Source: Bacteroidota bacterium (GTDB lineage: Bacteria > Bacteroidota > Bacteroidia > JABEUT01). From it: a stretch of 64,000 nucleotides of DNA. The DNA is taken from NCBI GenBank assembly GCA_013289165.1, contig JABDAL010000003.1:6726-70725 (forward strand), in the 5' to 3' direction. A program made the translations under genes and the position numbers. Shown piece after piece: positions 1 through 9,554 of this stretch. Position 1 is the first letter of the stretch. Each line of letters begins with the position of its first letter. The notes below the pieces were generated by a model, which was not told the DNA's origin, made no database searches, and saw only the letters and a list, made by a program, of their open reading frames with translations.

Positions 1-47
1 AATAGTTTTCCCTACTCCCGTTCCTATTCCCGTTATAAATATTTTTC

Positions 48-1169
48 TCATTCCAGGTGTTTTTCTATCGTGTCCAATAGCAAATCTATTTCTTCCCGGG
101 TGTTATAGGAATGTAAACAAACGCGTATACGTTCTTTTCCTTTAGGTACTGTAGGGCTCAAAATAGGGCGCACATCTATATCCTTCTCTTGTATTTTTTC
201 GCTTAGTTTTCTTACTTCATTATTACCCTGCACAATCAGAGTTTGAATGGCAGATATACTATCAAACCACTGATAGTTATTCTTGTTTTTTATTTTTTCG
301 CGGAAATAAGAAATATTCTCGTGCAATTTATTTTGAATCTCTTCGCTTCTTTCTAAAAACTTGTATGCGCACTCAATGCTAACCAGGCTATGTAACGGCA
401 AAGCAGTAGTATAAATAAATGAACGGGCATAATTAACCAGGTATTTTTTCAATGCTATAGAACCCAATACCACTGCACCATGGCATCCCAGGGCCTTACC
501 GAACGTATGAACCCGGGCAAACACGTCTTTTTCTATTTTTCTATTTTGTACCAGGCCCCTGCCAAATACACCTGTTGCATGTGCCTCATCTACTATAAGA
601 TTTGCAGAAAATAGTTTACACAAACTGGCGATTTCTTTGAGTGGGGCACAGTCTCCATCCATCGAGTAAACCGACTCTACAGCCACAAAAATATTTCCGT
701 TTGATTTTTTTAATCGTTCTTCCAAATGAACCAAATCATTATGGCGGAAAGGAAAACAATTTGCTTTGGAAAGCTTCATCCCATCGTGTATAGAGGCATG
801 CACCAGCTCATCATATAGAATGGTATCATCCTTTTTTGCAATGGAAGAAAAAAGTCCTGTGTTGGCATCATACCCCGAATTAAAAAGAAGTGCAGAAGGT
901 GCATTATGAAATTCTGCAAGAAATAGTTCCAGTTCTTCTACTTCTTTGGAATTGCCTGATAAAAGCCGCGACCCACCGGAACCTATTCTCATCCCACTTT
1001 TTGCCGTTTTTTCTTCTATCATTTTATATAACTCCTCTGACCTTGCAAAGCCCAGGTAGTCGTTAGAGGTAAAATCAATTTGCTTATCTGCGACTGATAA
1101 ATTACGCAGTAAACCCTGCTCTTCCCTTTTGTGTAATGCCTCGGATAAAGCTTTTTCTGCCGGAAACAT
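48..1169 (-). CDS. bioF: 8-amino-7-oxononanoate synthase-like PLP enzyme (alpha-oxoamine synthase family)
   Basis: 373-aa ORF. The translation shows alpha-oxoamine synthase signatures: SNDYLGF near the N-terminus, VDEAHATGVFG, and the PLP-lysine context HTFGKALG. Confidence 0.72.
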   Translation of the reverse strand: MFPAEKALSEALHKREEQGLLRNLSVADKQIDFTSNDYLGFARSEELYKMIEEKTAKSGMRIGSGGSRLLSGNSKEVEELELFLAEFHNAPSALLFNSGYDANTGLFSSIAKKDDTILYDELVHASIHDGMKLSKANCFPFRHNDLVHLEERLKKSNGNIFVAVESVYSMDGDCAPLKEIASLCKLFSANLIVDEAHATGVFGRGLVQNRKIEKDVFARVHTFGKALGCHGAVVLGSIALKKYLVNYARSFIYTTALPLHSLVSIECAYKFLERSEEIQNKLHENISYFREKIKNKNNYQWFDSISAIQTLIVQGNNEVRKLSEKIQEKDIDVRPILSPTVPKGKERIRVCLHSYNTREEIDLLLDTIEKHLE

Positions 1170-1208
1170 GCAGCTAAATTAACAAATCAGCAATGATTAG
1201 TTGGAAAT

Positions 1209-2054
1209 TTAAAAATGATAACCCGGATAATCCTGGGTAAACTCAGCATCGGGAATGGTAGGATTCACATGCAGATTCGTATATTGATACATCTCATATA
1301 ATCCCTTATCATCATATACCCTTATAACCAAAGGGAGATTGGTTTCCTTAGAAACCAGCAATACTACATGCTTTGCATACGCAGCAGGTAAAGTAAGCTT
1401 TTGTCCAATCTCAAGGTCATCTTCATACCAGGATATATTATTCAGGGTCAGCACCTCATAGTCATTTAAAAAATTCTGAGTGGCTATTTTTGAGGCTGTC
1501 AGGCCGCTCTGTGTGACTATGTATGGCACGTTAGTGTATTGTGTAAAATTGATTTCTACCTTATAGCAGGGAGTATTGTCCCAACTTGTATCAGCAAGTC
1601 TATGTACATAATTTTTATAGGCATCGGGAAATTTTGCAAGAGAATGAGAAAGCATATCACCAAAATAAGTATATCCCAACCGGGCCATAGTTTGGTGCTG
1701 GCCCTTGCGCATTAGTTTTCCTGTCGGGCTGAGATGCAGCGTTACATATGGAAAACCATTGGGATTAATGAGAGCATCCCCGTCTACCAATAGTACTTCA
1801 ACTCCTTTTTCGATGCTTTTGTAGTATACTTTAAATGGGGAAACGTTGAGCTTGACAAAACAATGACCGGTTGAAAAAGCGTCATCGATCCTTTCGATAG
1901 AATAGAGGCTATACTTCAATGTTTTTACATTGTCAATAGCATCAAACATCTTATTAAAAATCTCTTCATTTGACTGGGCTCCCAACCGGCTAAAGAAGCA
2001 AAGTAAAATGCCAAATAATGTAACTATCTTTGTTATTGATGCGGTGCTTCCCAT
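1209..2054 (-). CDS. secreted hypothetical protein with an embedded LysM-like segment
   Basis: 281-aa ORF with a signal-like N-terminus (IVTLFGILLCFFSRLGAQS). An internal stretch (YIVTQSGLTASKIATQNF...LEIGQKLTLP) resembles a LysM repeat. No confident family assignment. Confidence 0.5.
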   Translation of the reverse strand: MGSTASITKIVTLFGILLCFFSRLGAQSNEEIFNKMFDAIDNVKTLKYSLYSIERIDDAFSTGHCFVKLNVSPFKVYYKSIEKGVEVLLVDGDALINPNGFPYVTLHLSPTGKLMRKGQHQTMARLGYTYFGDMLSHSLAKFPDAYKNYVHRLADTSWDNTPCYKVEINFTQYTNVPYIVTQSGLTASKIATQNFLNDYEVLTLNNISWYEDDLEIGQKLTLPAAYAKHVVLLVSKETNLPLVIRVYDDKGLYEMYQYTNLHVNPTIPDAEFTQDYPGYHF

Positions 2055-2066
2055 ATTAAAAGTAAA

Positions 2067-3245
2067 CTATTCAAAGGCCGAGATACCTGTTATATCCATA
2101 CCGGTAATAAGGAGATGTATATCATGCGTACCCTCATAGGTGATAACGGATTCCAGGTTCATCATGTGCCGCATAATAGGGTATTCACCCGTAATTCCCA
2201 TACCGCCAAAAATCTGTCGGGCTTCCCTTGCAATTTGCAAAGCCATATTCACATTGTTACGCTTAGCCATAGAAATTTGGGCAGGTGTGGCACGTTTTTC
2301 ATTCATAAGCATTCCCAATCTCCAGCAGAGCAATTGAGCTTTGGTGATTTCAGTAATCATCTCTGCCAGCTTTTTCTGTGTCAGCTGAAAACCGGCAATG
2401 GGCTTATTAAACTGGATACGTTGTTTGGAATACCGCAAAGCAGAATCATAGCAATCTAATGCCGGGCCAACAGATCCCCAGGCAATACCATATCTTGCCA
2501 TATTGAGGCAGGACAAGGGTCCTTTCAATCCTTTGACATTGGGCAAAATATTTTCTTTTGGAATCTGCACATTATCAAAAACAAGTTCGCCCGTAGAGCT
2601 TGCCCTTAACGACCATTTATTATGTGTTTCGGGAGTAGTAAAGCCTTCCATGCCTCTTTCCACTATTACTCCTCTAATCACACCGTCGTCATCCTTCGCC
2701 CACACCACAGCAATATCTGCAATAGGTGCGTTGGAAATCCACATTTTGGCACCATTTAAAACATAGTGCGTGCCTTTATCTGTAATACGGCTAACCATGC
2801 CTGAAGGGTTAGAGCCGTGGTCAGGTTCTGTAAGGCCGAAACAACCTATTTTTTCCCCGGCAGCCAACAGAGGTAACCATTTCTTTTTTTGCTCCTCACT
2901 GCCAAAAGCGTAAATAGGATACATTACAAGTGAACCTTGCACCGATGCAGTAGAACGTATACCCGAATCGCCACGCTCTATTTCTTGCATAATAATTCCA
3001 TAGGAAATATAATCAAGCCCTGCACCTCCATATTCGCGGGGAATAGTAGGGCCAAAAGCTCCTATATCGGCAAGGCCTTTTATAACCTGCTTGGGAAATT
3101 CTCCTTTTTGGCAAGCCTCTTCAATAATCGGGCTAATAGATTTTTTCACAAATAACCGGGCAGTATCCCGAATCAATTTATGCTCGTCGGAAAGTAATTC
3201 ATCAAGGAGGTAATAATCGTGTGACTGAAAATTGTCTGTAGCCAT
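2067..3245 (-). CDS. acyl-CoA dehydrogenase, glutaryl-CoA dehydrogenase-like
   Basis: 392-aa ORF with acyl-CoA dehydrogenase motifs (GLTEPDHGSNP, C-terminal ITYEGTHDIH). Size and termini are typical of GcdH-type enzymes. Confidence 0.85.
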   Translation of the reverse strand: MATDNFQSHDYYLLDELLSDEHKLIRDTARLFVKKSISPIIEEACQKGEFPKQVIKGLADIGAFGPTIPREYGGAGLDYISYGIIMQEIERGDSGIRSTASVQGSLVMYPIYAFGSEEQKKKWLPLLAAGEKIGCFGLTEPDHGSNPSGMVSRITDKGTHYVLNGAKMWISNAPIADIAVVWAKDDDGVIRGVIVERGMEGFTTPETHNKWSLRASSTGELVFDNVQIPKENILPNVKGLKGPLSCLNMARYGIAWGSVGPALDCYDSALRYSKQRIQFNKPIAGFQLTQKKLAEMITEITKAQLLCWRLGMLMNEKRATPAQISMAKRNNVNMALQIAREARQIFGGMGITGEYPIMRHMMNLESVITYEGTHDIHLLITGMDITGISAFE

Positions 3246-3272
3246 TTTGGGGTGTTTAGGTATGCGACAAAA

Positions 3273-4070
3273 TTAAGAAACAATCTGATTTTGATTAATA
3301 TTCATTATTCCTTCAATAGTATTTGTAAGTGCTGCAAAGTCCTGCCACGAGAGTTGTTCGGCACGCAAATGCCAAACATCTCCTTCCACTTTTTTCCCGC
3401 CCAGCATACCCGAAAGAGCATTGGAAAGTTTTTTTCTTCGCTGGTTAAATGCAGTCTTCACAATTTTCTTAAATAAATCTTCAGAACAACCCAGAACAAA
3501 ACCGCTTTTTTTCTTCAGACGAATAACCCCCGAATTTACTTTGGGAGGGGGATTGAAGGCGCCGGGCGGTACATCAAATAAATATTCTGTATGATAGTAT
3601 GCCTGAACCAACACACTCAATATTCCATAATCTTTATTGCCATGTGGGGAGCAAATTCTTTTTGCAACTTCCTTTTGAAACATTCCAACTACCTGCACCA
3701 CTTTATCGCGGTTATCAAGTGCTTTAAAAAGTATTTGGGAAGAAATATTGTAAGGGAAATTTCCGATAAGGGAAATTTTCTCATTGCTAAAAACAGAAGA
3801 AAGGTCAAGCTGCAAAAAATCTCCCTTGATAATATTGGGTTTTAATCCGGGGTAATGAATATTCAAATATTCTACCGACTCCTCATCTACCTCCGAAGCC
3901 CAAAGATTTTCACCCCAGTCTTTTAACAAATATTTTGTAAGGCTGCCCATGCCGGGGCCTATTTCAAGTACTTTTTTAGTGGAGTGTTCCAGCGTGCCGG
4001 CAATTTTAGCCGCAATATTTTCGTCTTTCAGAAAATGCTGCCCCAATTGTTTTTTTGCACGGACACTCAT
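3273..4070 (-). CDS. rsmA: 16S rRNA (adenine1518/1519-N6)-dimethyltransferase
   Basis: 265-aa ORF with KsgA signatures: LGQHFL at the N-terminus, SAM-binding VLEIGPGMGSLT, and GNFPYNISS. Confidence 0.9.
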   Translation of the reverse strand: MSVRAKKQLGQHFLKDENIAAKIAGTLEHSTKKVLEIGPGMGSLTKYLLKDWGENLWASEVDEESVEYLNIHYPGLKPNIIKGDFLQLDLSSVFSNEKISLIGNFPYNISSQILFKALDNRDKVVQVVGMFQKEVAKRICSPHGNKDYGILSVLVQAYYHTEYLFDVPPGAFNPPPKVNSGVIRLKKKSGFVLGCSEDLFKKIVKTAFNQRRKKLSNALSGMLGGKKVEGDVWHLRAEQLSWQDFAALTNTIEGIMNINQNQIVS

Positions 4071-5104
4071 TATTTTTCGGGTTTATATCCCGATTCCTTT
4101 AAAATTTTGTCTGCACTTTTTTCCGCCATCAGTTGGGCAAGGGAAATAGTAGAATTATTATTCATGTAGGTTCTCACAATTCGCCAGCCTAGCCAATAAC
4201 CCGTTCGGGATGGGCTTAAGTCGTGATTAAAAAGGGAAGTAAAAGGCCCGTCATCCGTGAACTTTGCAATGTTTGACTGGTCGGTGGTGTATAGCAGTTT
4301 TTCACGAATTATATATGCCCACATATTAAACTCATTTTCCTTGCACCATGCTAATTGTTTTTTTGTATAACGTATTTTGATTGTGTCATTCACGCGGGGC
4401 AACATAGCATCCAACGCATACATAATTTTGCCTTCGTGCACAATCTGGCTAAGTAGGTCATTTTTATCTTCATTAGGTTTGAAAATGCTTTCGAGCCAAC
4501 CATAAACTGCATCACTCATCATATAGTCCCTGGTCATATGCATGGTTTTGTAAAGCGGAAAACCTAGCATGGTATAATAAGAGCTATTTGTTCCCAGGTA
4601 CATTTCCAGTGAAATAGCCAGCGTAGAGTCATAGTAAACCAGTGAATAGTTATACCCGCTTATAGCAGTTAATGCTCTTGGCAAAGGCATAGCAGGAAAA
4701 TAGTAGCGGAAATGCCTGAAAGCATCTTCCAATCCATTTTCAAGGAAGGAGATATCAGGATATGTTTTTTCGCAACTGTCGTATGTGTTGCGCATATCTC
4801 TGTCAGTTATAAATCGTCTCAGGCTGGCAGCATAAGTAGAATCCATTATTCCGCCATCATTAATAAACCCTGTTACAAAATTAGTATAGAATATTCCATA
4901 TTTTTTTAGCATCCTGGTAGTATACTGATTGATACTGTCAGGAGGCATGGCAAACAGGTCCTTCTCTAAGCGGTCAATCTTTACGGGAGGAACACTTATT
5001 TTGGAGACGTCAATATCTAAAGGATTGTGGTGGCAGGAAGAGAAAATAATAACCGGAAGAAATAATAGAAATATTTTTTTAGAAAAATTTTGTAGACCCA
5101 TCAT
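4070..5104 (-). CDS. gldB: gliding motility lipoprotein GldB-like
   Basis: 344-aa ORF with a lipoprotein-type N-terminus (..VIIFSSC). The C-terminal part (SPSRTGYWLGWRIVRTYMNNN...SGYKPEK) closely recalls Flavobacterium GldB. This is recognised from memory, not from a search. Confidence 0.7.
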   Translation of the reverse strand: MMGLQNFSKKIFLLFLPVIIFSSCHHNPLDIDVSKISVPPVKIDRLEKDLFAMPPDSINQYTTRMLKKYGIFYTNFVTGFINDGGIMDSTYAASLRRFITDRDMRNTYDSCEKTYPDISFLENGLEDAFRHFRYYFPAMPLPRALTAISGYNYSLVYYDSTLAISLEMYLGTNSSYYTMLGFPLYKTMHMTRDYMMSDAVYGWLESIFKPNEDKNDLLSQIVHEGKIMYALDAMLPRVNDTIKIRYTKKQLAWCKENEFNMWAYIIREKLLYTTDQSNIAKFTDDGPFTSLFNHDLSPSRTGYWLGWRIVRTYMNNNSTISLAQLMAEKSADKILKESGYKPEK

Positions 5105-7410
5105 CCCACAATTTTCAATTTGGCAAATTTAAGCAGGAGTTGCTTTTTTTCTCCATTGGCAAACATTACCAGTGCTTTGCTATTTGGATATACACCCTCC
5201 ATGGTAAGGACTTCTCCTTGTCCGAAACGTTCATGCTCTACCCGCATACCTACTTTTAAGCCGTTGAGGTGGGAATTATCTACCGGGAGAGTTATCTGGG
5301 CAGCTTTATTCATGCTTACCAATTTCTTTCCGGCAATTGACGGTGGGGCAACCACAGCAGGGGCAGGCCTCTTAAATGCGGTGGGTGTCCTTGAAAATAC
5401 CTGTTCACTTGGTTCCTGCCTGTATGACAGATTCAAAAGACATTCCTGCGGAATCTCTTCTAGGAAACGGCTGGGTTCATTGCTTTGCGGAGTGCCATAG
5501 CGATAGCGACTGATAGCATAAGTAAGCACCACCTGTTTTTTTGCACGGGTAACTGCTACATAAAAAAGCCTTCTCTCTTCTTCCAATTCCTCCCTTGATG
5601 TAAGAGACATTTGCGATGGGAAAAGGTTTTCTTCCAGTCCGGCTATATACACATAATTAAATTCCAATCCCTTGGCAGAATGGATAGTCATTAAAAGCAC
5701 ACGATTCTTATCCTGCTCATCATCTTTGTTACGGTCTTCGTTAGTAAGCAGAGCTACATCCTCCATGAACATATTTAAGGTAGGAATAATACCCTCTTCC
5801 ATAGGCTTTTCAGAAAAATCTTTTAAGCCGTTCAATAACTCTTGTATGTTTTCAATCCTATTAAAGCCTTCCGGTGTGCGGTCCTGTTCCAATTCACGTT
5901 TGATACCTGCTGTGTAGTATATATAATCGCCCAACTGGTATGCAGTATAGTTAGGTACCATAGCAGCAAAGCTTTTAATCATATTTACGAACTCGGTTAT
6001 TTTTTCAGATACCCGGGCAGAAATACCAAGGTTAAAATCGCTCAGATTATCCAGTACCATCCAAATGCTGATATCATTATCGGCAGCAGCTACAATCATT
6101 TTATCGAATGTAGTGTCTCCAATTTCCCGGCGGGGATAGTTGATTACTCTTCGCAAAGCTTCCTCGTCGTGTGCGTTTATTGCCAGCCTGAAATAAGCCA
6201 TAAGGTCTTTTATTTCCTTACGCTGGTAGAAAGAGATGCCCCCGTAAATACGGTAGGGGATATTGAGTTTACGCAAGGCCTCCTCAATAGCGCGCGATTG
6301 GGCATTGGTACGGTATAATATGGCAAACTCATTGTTAGCAGCATGTTTCGAAACCTTAAAATCAAATATAGACTGGGCTATTTGCTTGCCTTCGTCGGTA
6401 TCACTAAAAGCCCGCAGGAGTTGGATTTTTTCTCCTTCTCCATTCGATGTCCATACCGTTTTTTGGAGCTGGTCACGGTTTTTTGAAATCACCAGGTTGG
6501 CAGCATGCACCAGGGTTTTGGTAGAACGGTAATTCTGTTCGAGCTTAAAAACTTGTGTATCGGGATAATGTTTCTGGAAATTGAGAATATTTTGAATATT
6601 GGCTCCCCTAAAGGCATAAATGCTTTGTGCATCATCGCCCACTACCGTAATGTTTTGATGCCTGGCAGCAAGCTGTCTCAATATCATGTATTGAGAAAAG
6701 TTGGTATCCTGGTACTCATCTACCAAAATATAACGGAACATATCCTGGTATTTGAATAATACATCGGGATGGTCGCGAAGCAGCATATTAGTCTGGAAAA
6801 GCAGGTCGTCAAAATCCATGGCACCGGCTTTGAAAAGACGCTTGTTGTATGTAAGGTATATCTGTGCAAAATGTTCTCTTCGCGCGGCCCTGTCTTCAGT
6901 ACCATATTGTGCATCGCCGGAATATGTTTCAGCCGATATGAGCATATTTTTCATCATGGAAATGCGCCCCAGGAGGGAAGATGCTTTATAAGTTGAATCA
7001 TTCAGCCCAAGTTCTTTGGTAATGCTTTTCAACAGAGATTTGGAATCGTCCGTATCGTAAATAGTAAAGTTGGCAGGGTATCCAATTTTATCAGCTTCGC
7101 GCCTTAGGAGGCGGGCAAAAACAGAATGAAAAGTGCCCATCCATATATTACGGGCTTCGCTGCCCACCAAATGGATGATGCGCTCCTTCATTTCAGCAGC
7201 AGCCTTATTGGTAAAGGTAAGGGAGAGTACCCTAAAGGCATCAACCCCCTGGCTTAGCAAATAAGCGATACGGTAAGTAAGTACCCTCGTTTTACCTGAA
7301 CCTGCACCGGCAATAATCATCACAGGGCCATCGGTACACTCTACAGCTTTACGTTGTTCTTCATTCAGTTCGTCTAAAAAACCGGGATGTTTCCTTTCCA
7401 TAAAGTGCAA
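5101..7410 (-). CDS. UvrD/PcrA/Rep-family ATP-dependent DNA helicase
   Basis: 769-aa ORF with SF1 helicase motifs: GAGSGKT (Walker A), VDEYQDTN (motif II), TIHSAKGLEF and VAVTRAK. Confidence 0.92.
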   Translation of the reverse strand: MHFMERKHPGFLDELNEEQRKAVECTDGPVMIIAGAGSGKTRVLTYRIAYLLSQGVDAFRVLSLTFTNKAAAEMKERIIHLVGSEARNIWMGTFHSVFARLLRREADKIGYPANFTIYDTDDSKSLLKSITKELGLNDSTYKASSLLGRISMMKNMLISAETYSGDAQYGTEDRAARREHFAQIYLTYNKRLFKAGAMDFDDLLFQTNMLLRDHPDVLFKYQDMFRYILVDEYQDTNFSQYMILRQLAARHQNITVVGDDAQSIYAFRGANIQNILNFQKHYPDTQVFKLEQNYRSTKTLVHAANLVISKNRDQLQKTVWTSNGEGEKIQLLRAFSDTDEGKQIAQSIFDFKVSKHAANNEFAILYRTNAQSRAIEEALRKLNIPYRIYGGISFYQRKEIKDLMAYFRLAINAHDEEALRRVINYPRREIGDTTFDKMIVAAADNDISIWMVLDNLSDFNLGISARVSEKITEFVNMIKSFAAMVPNYTAYQLGDYIYYTAGIKRELEQDRTPEGFNRIENIQELLNGLKDFSEKPMEEGIIPTLNMFMEDVALLTNEDRNKDDEQDKNRVLLMTIHSAKGLEFNYVYIAGLEENLFPSQMSLTSREELEEERRLFYVAVTRAKKQVVLTYAISRYRYGTPQSNEPSRFLEEIPQECLLNLSYRQEPSEQVFSRTPTAFKRPAPAVVAPPSIAGKKLVSMNKAAQITLPVDNSHLNGLKVGMRVEHERFGQGEVLTMEGVYPNSKALVMFANGEKKQLLLKFAKLKIVG

Positions 7411-7492
7411 AGTTACTTCTATTGCAACAGAGGAAGAATGGTGTTAATAAGTATTGAAAAGAGTTAATTTTTTTGCCAATTTCCAAATCCTT

Positions 7493-7813
7493 TATGTCAC
7501 GGTTTTTTACGGAATGGGCAACCTGACATAAAGATATCGGCTCCACAAAACCAGGCACTTAAGAGAGCTTTTCACCATGACGTATTTTTTTGGGTACCGT
7601 GACATATCTTTTTGCGTAGCGAGTATATGGCAAATGCAATGCAAATAAAATGACTGCAAATGGCAGATTACCAATTAATAGATGGGGATTTGAATAGAGA
7701 GATTGAGTGGCTAAATTAGAGAGGGAATATGTCACACTTATTAAACACCGTGACATAAAAACCACAACAAACAGAATAATAGTATGTTGTAAGCATGGAG
7801 TACCGTGACATAT
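7493..7813. repeat. cluster of six copies of a CCGTGACATA word (four perfect, two degenerate; both orientations)
   Basis: Perfect copies lie at 7607-7616, 7748-7757 and 7803-7812, and inverted at 7493-7502. Degenerate copies lie at 7522-7530 and, inverted, at 7728-7737. A 14-mer, GTACCGTGACATAT, is shared by 7604-7617 and 7800-7813. Confidence 0.85.
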
Positions 7814-7830
7814 TTTATGATGCAGCCTGA

Positions 7831-8534
7831 TTAAAGAGTGAAGTCAATAAACACTGATAAGGGTTGTGAAAAGGCAGTGTATGTTTTTGTAAGGCTTTGG
7901 GTGACAGATTTGGGTGCCGTTGGTGGAGGATACGGAGGGATTGGAGAGGGGACGAGTGTATAATAGGTATTACTGTTATCTTTTTCCCAGTTGATAGAAT
8001 AACTTGCTTCTGTTAAAATACTAAGCCTTTTTGTAAGCCTGAAGCGGATGCCAAGAAGCGGGGCAATGGCAAAAACCTGGGCCCTTGAGGACTCGCCATA
8101 CACATAGTAGTCATTTTCATATTCTTGATTGCCTTTTGAAAAAACTACACTTGTTCTGGCATCAGCCCCATAAAATACCTGCCATCTTTTACTTAAATTT
8201 TCGCAGAACTCCCATCCAATGCTCTGGTATAATGAGCTGGCAAGGTCATAATATTTGGTGGAATCATTTGAATTAATAGGCGCAACTTGGTTATCAGAGT
8301 AACTGCCTCCAATTTTAGCCCGTAAGTTACCAGAGTTAAAATGCCGACGGTAAGTTAAGTTATAAGTAGGGAAATATGAAAGATATTGAGAAGAGCCAAA
8401 ATTCAGGTATTGTTTTAAAAATCCTGTAACATCCATACCAAATTCGTTCAGATGCCGGGGTGCTTTTGTGGTGTCTTGCGCTATAGCAGGTAATACAATA
8501 ATGACCAGGCTGACAATAACAAATAATTTTTCAT
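7831..8534 (-). pseudogene. beta-barrel outer-membrane protein gene with an apparent 1-nt frameshift just after the start codon
   Basis: The ORF-track body is 7831..8436 (201 aa, aromatic and beta-strand rich). An ATG at 8534..8532 is followed by an A5 run, and as written this frame stops after 17 codons. Adding one A gives MKKLFVIVSLVIIVLPAIAQDTTKAPRHLNEFGMDVTG..., which is continuous with the body. No ATG, GTG or TTG lies upstream in the body frame. Confidence 0.6.
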
Positions 8535-8609
8535 GGTATTTAAAATTGTGTTTTTTGTAATAACCCTTATTTCTTTAATTTATTATACCACAATCAAATA
8601 CATAGATTT

Positions 8610-9446
8610 TTATGCAGGCCTGTATTTCACTTCCGTATTATGAATTTCAATAAGTGGTTCAAGAAAAGCTTTCAAGTCATATACAGATAATTGACTTGAT
8701 GCATCGCAAAGAGCTTTTGACGGGTCGGGGTGGGTTTCAATAAATATGCCATCTACTCCCGAAGCCACGCCCGCGCGGCTTATAACGGGCAGGAACTCTC
8801 TTGCCCCGCCTTTGGCATCGGCACTTGGGATACCATATTTACGGATGGAATGTGTAATATCAAACACAACCGGGTAACCTAACTGGCCCATGTGGTACAA
8901 ACTTCTTGGGTCAACTACCAAATCGTTATAGCCAAATGTATAACCTCTTTCAGTTAAAATAATTTTATCGTTGCCGCTGTCCACGCACTTTTTTACCGGA
9001 TGCTTCATATTCTCGGGTGAAAGAAACTGCCCATGTTTAATATTGATGACTCTGCCTGTTTTAGCTGCCGCCACCATCAGGCTGGTTTGCATACACAGGT
9101 ACGCCGGAATTTGCAGTACATCGCATACTTCAGCTGCGGGTGCTGCCTGGTCGGGGTAATGAATATCGGTAAGTATAGGGAACCCGAAATGCTCTTTTAT
9201 TTTAGCAAGCATTTCCAGCCCTTTTACCAACCCGGGACCGTCATAATATTTCAGGTCGCTGCGGTTATCTTTTAAAAAGGAAGATTTATAAATAATAGGT
9301 ATGTCCAATTGTTGGCTGACTTCTTTAAGCTTTTCAGCCGTTTTAAACATAACAGATTCATCTTCAATAACGCAGGGGCCGGAGATGAGGAATAATTTGT
9401 TATGGCCACATTCTATATTTCCGACTTTTATTTTCTTTTTGCTCAT
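8610..9446 (-). CDS. kdsA: 3-deoxy-8-phosphooctulonate (KDO8P) synthase
   Basis: 278-aa ORF with KDO8P synthase-type sequence throughout (LISGPCVIE, IIYKSSFLKDNRS, FIETHPDPSKALCD). Confidence 0.9.
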   Translation of the reverse strand: MSKKKIKVGNIECGHNKLFLISGPCVIEDESVMFKTAEKLKEVSQQLDIPIIYKSSFLKDNRSDLKYYDGPGLVKGLEMLAKIKEHFGFPILTDIHYPDQAAPAAEVCDVLQIPAYLCMQTSLMVAAAKTGRVINIKHGQFLSPENMKHPVKKCVDSGNDKIILTERGYTFGYNDLVVDPRSLYHMGQLGYPVVFDITHSIRKYGIPSADAKGGAREFLPVISRAGVASGVDGIFIETHPDPSKALCDASSQLSVYDLKAFLEPLIEIHNTEVKYRPA

Positions 9447-9554
9447 AAATTTGCAAGGAATTTTATGTAAAAGTAGTAAACTGTTTAAAATCAGTTGTGA
9501 GGCAGCAGACTAAATATCCTGATTGCCCCCATATTTGTATCTTGGCGAAAGTTT

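Noticed and set aside
2115-2459. Numerous 60-160-aa ORFs antisense to or overlapping long genes. Examples are 2115..2459(+), 5842..6318(+), 12346..12774(-), 20740..21228(-), 43249..43626(-), 45499..45918(-) and 61854..62246(-).
   Set aside because: Each lies wholly or mostly inside a longer ORF with a clear family identity on the other strand or in another frame. They have low-complexity or Cys/Arg/Ser-rich composition typical of shadow ORFs, and no signal, motif or promoter box of their own.
7559-7765. 68-aa ORF (and the 65-aa ORF at 7361..7558) in the helicase-upstream spacer, with one hydrophobic stretch.
   Set aside because: The repeated CCGTGACATA word is read in different frames within the ORF. 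The ORF has a GTG start without a ribosome-binding or promoter context, and 7361..7558 overlaps the helicase start. The repeats, not the ORFs, are the conserved-looking feature.
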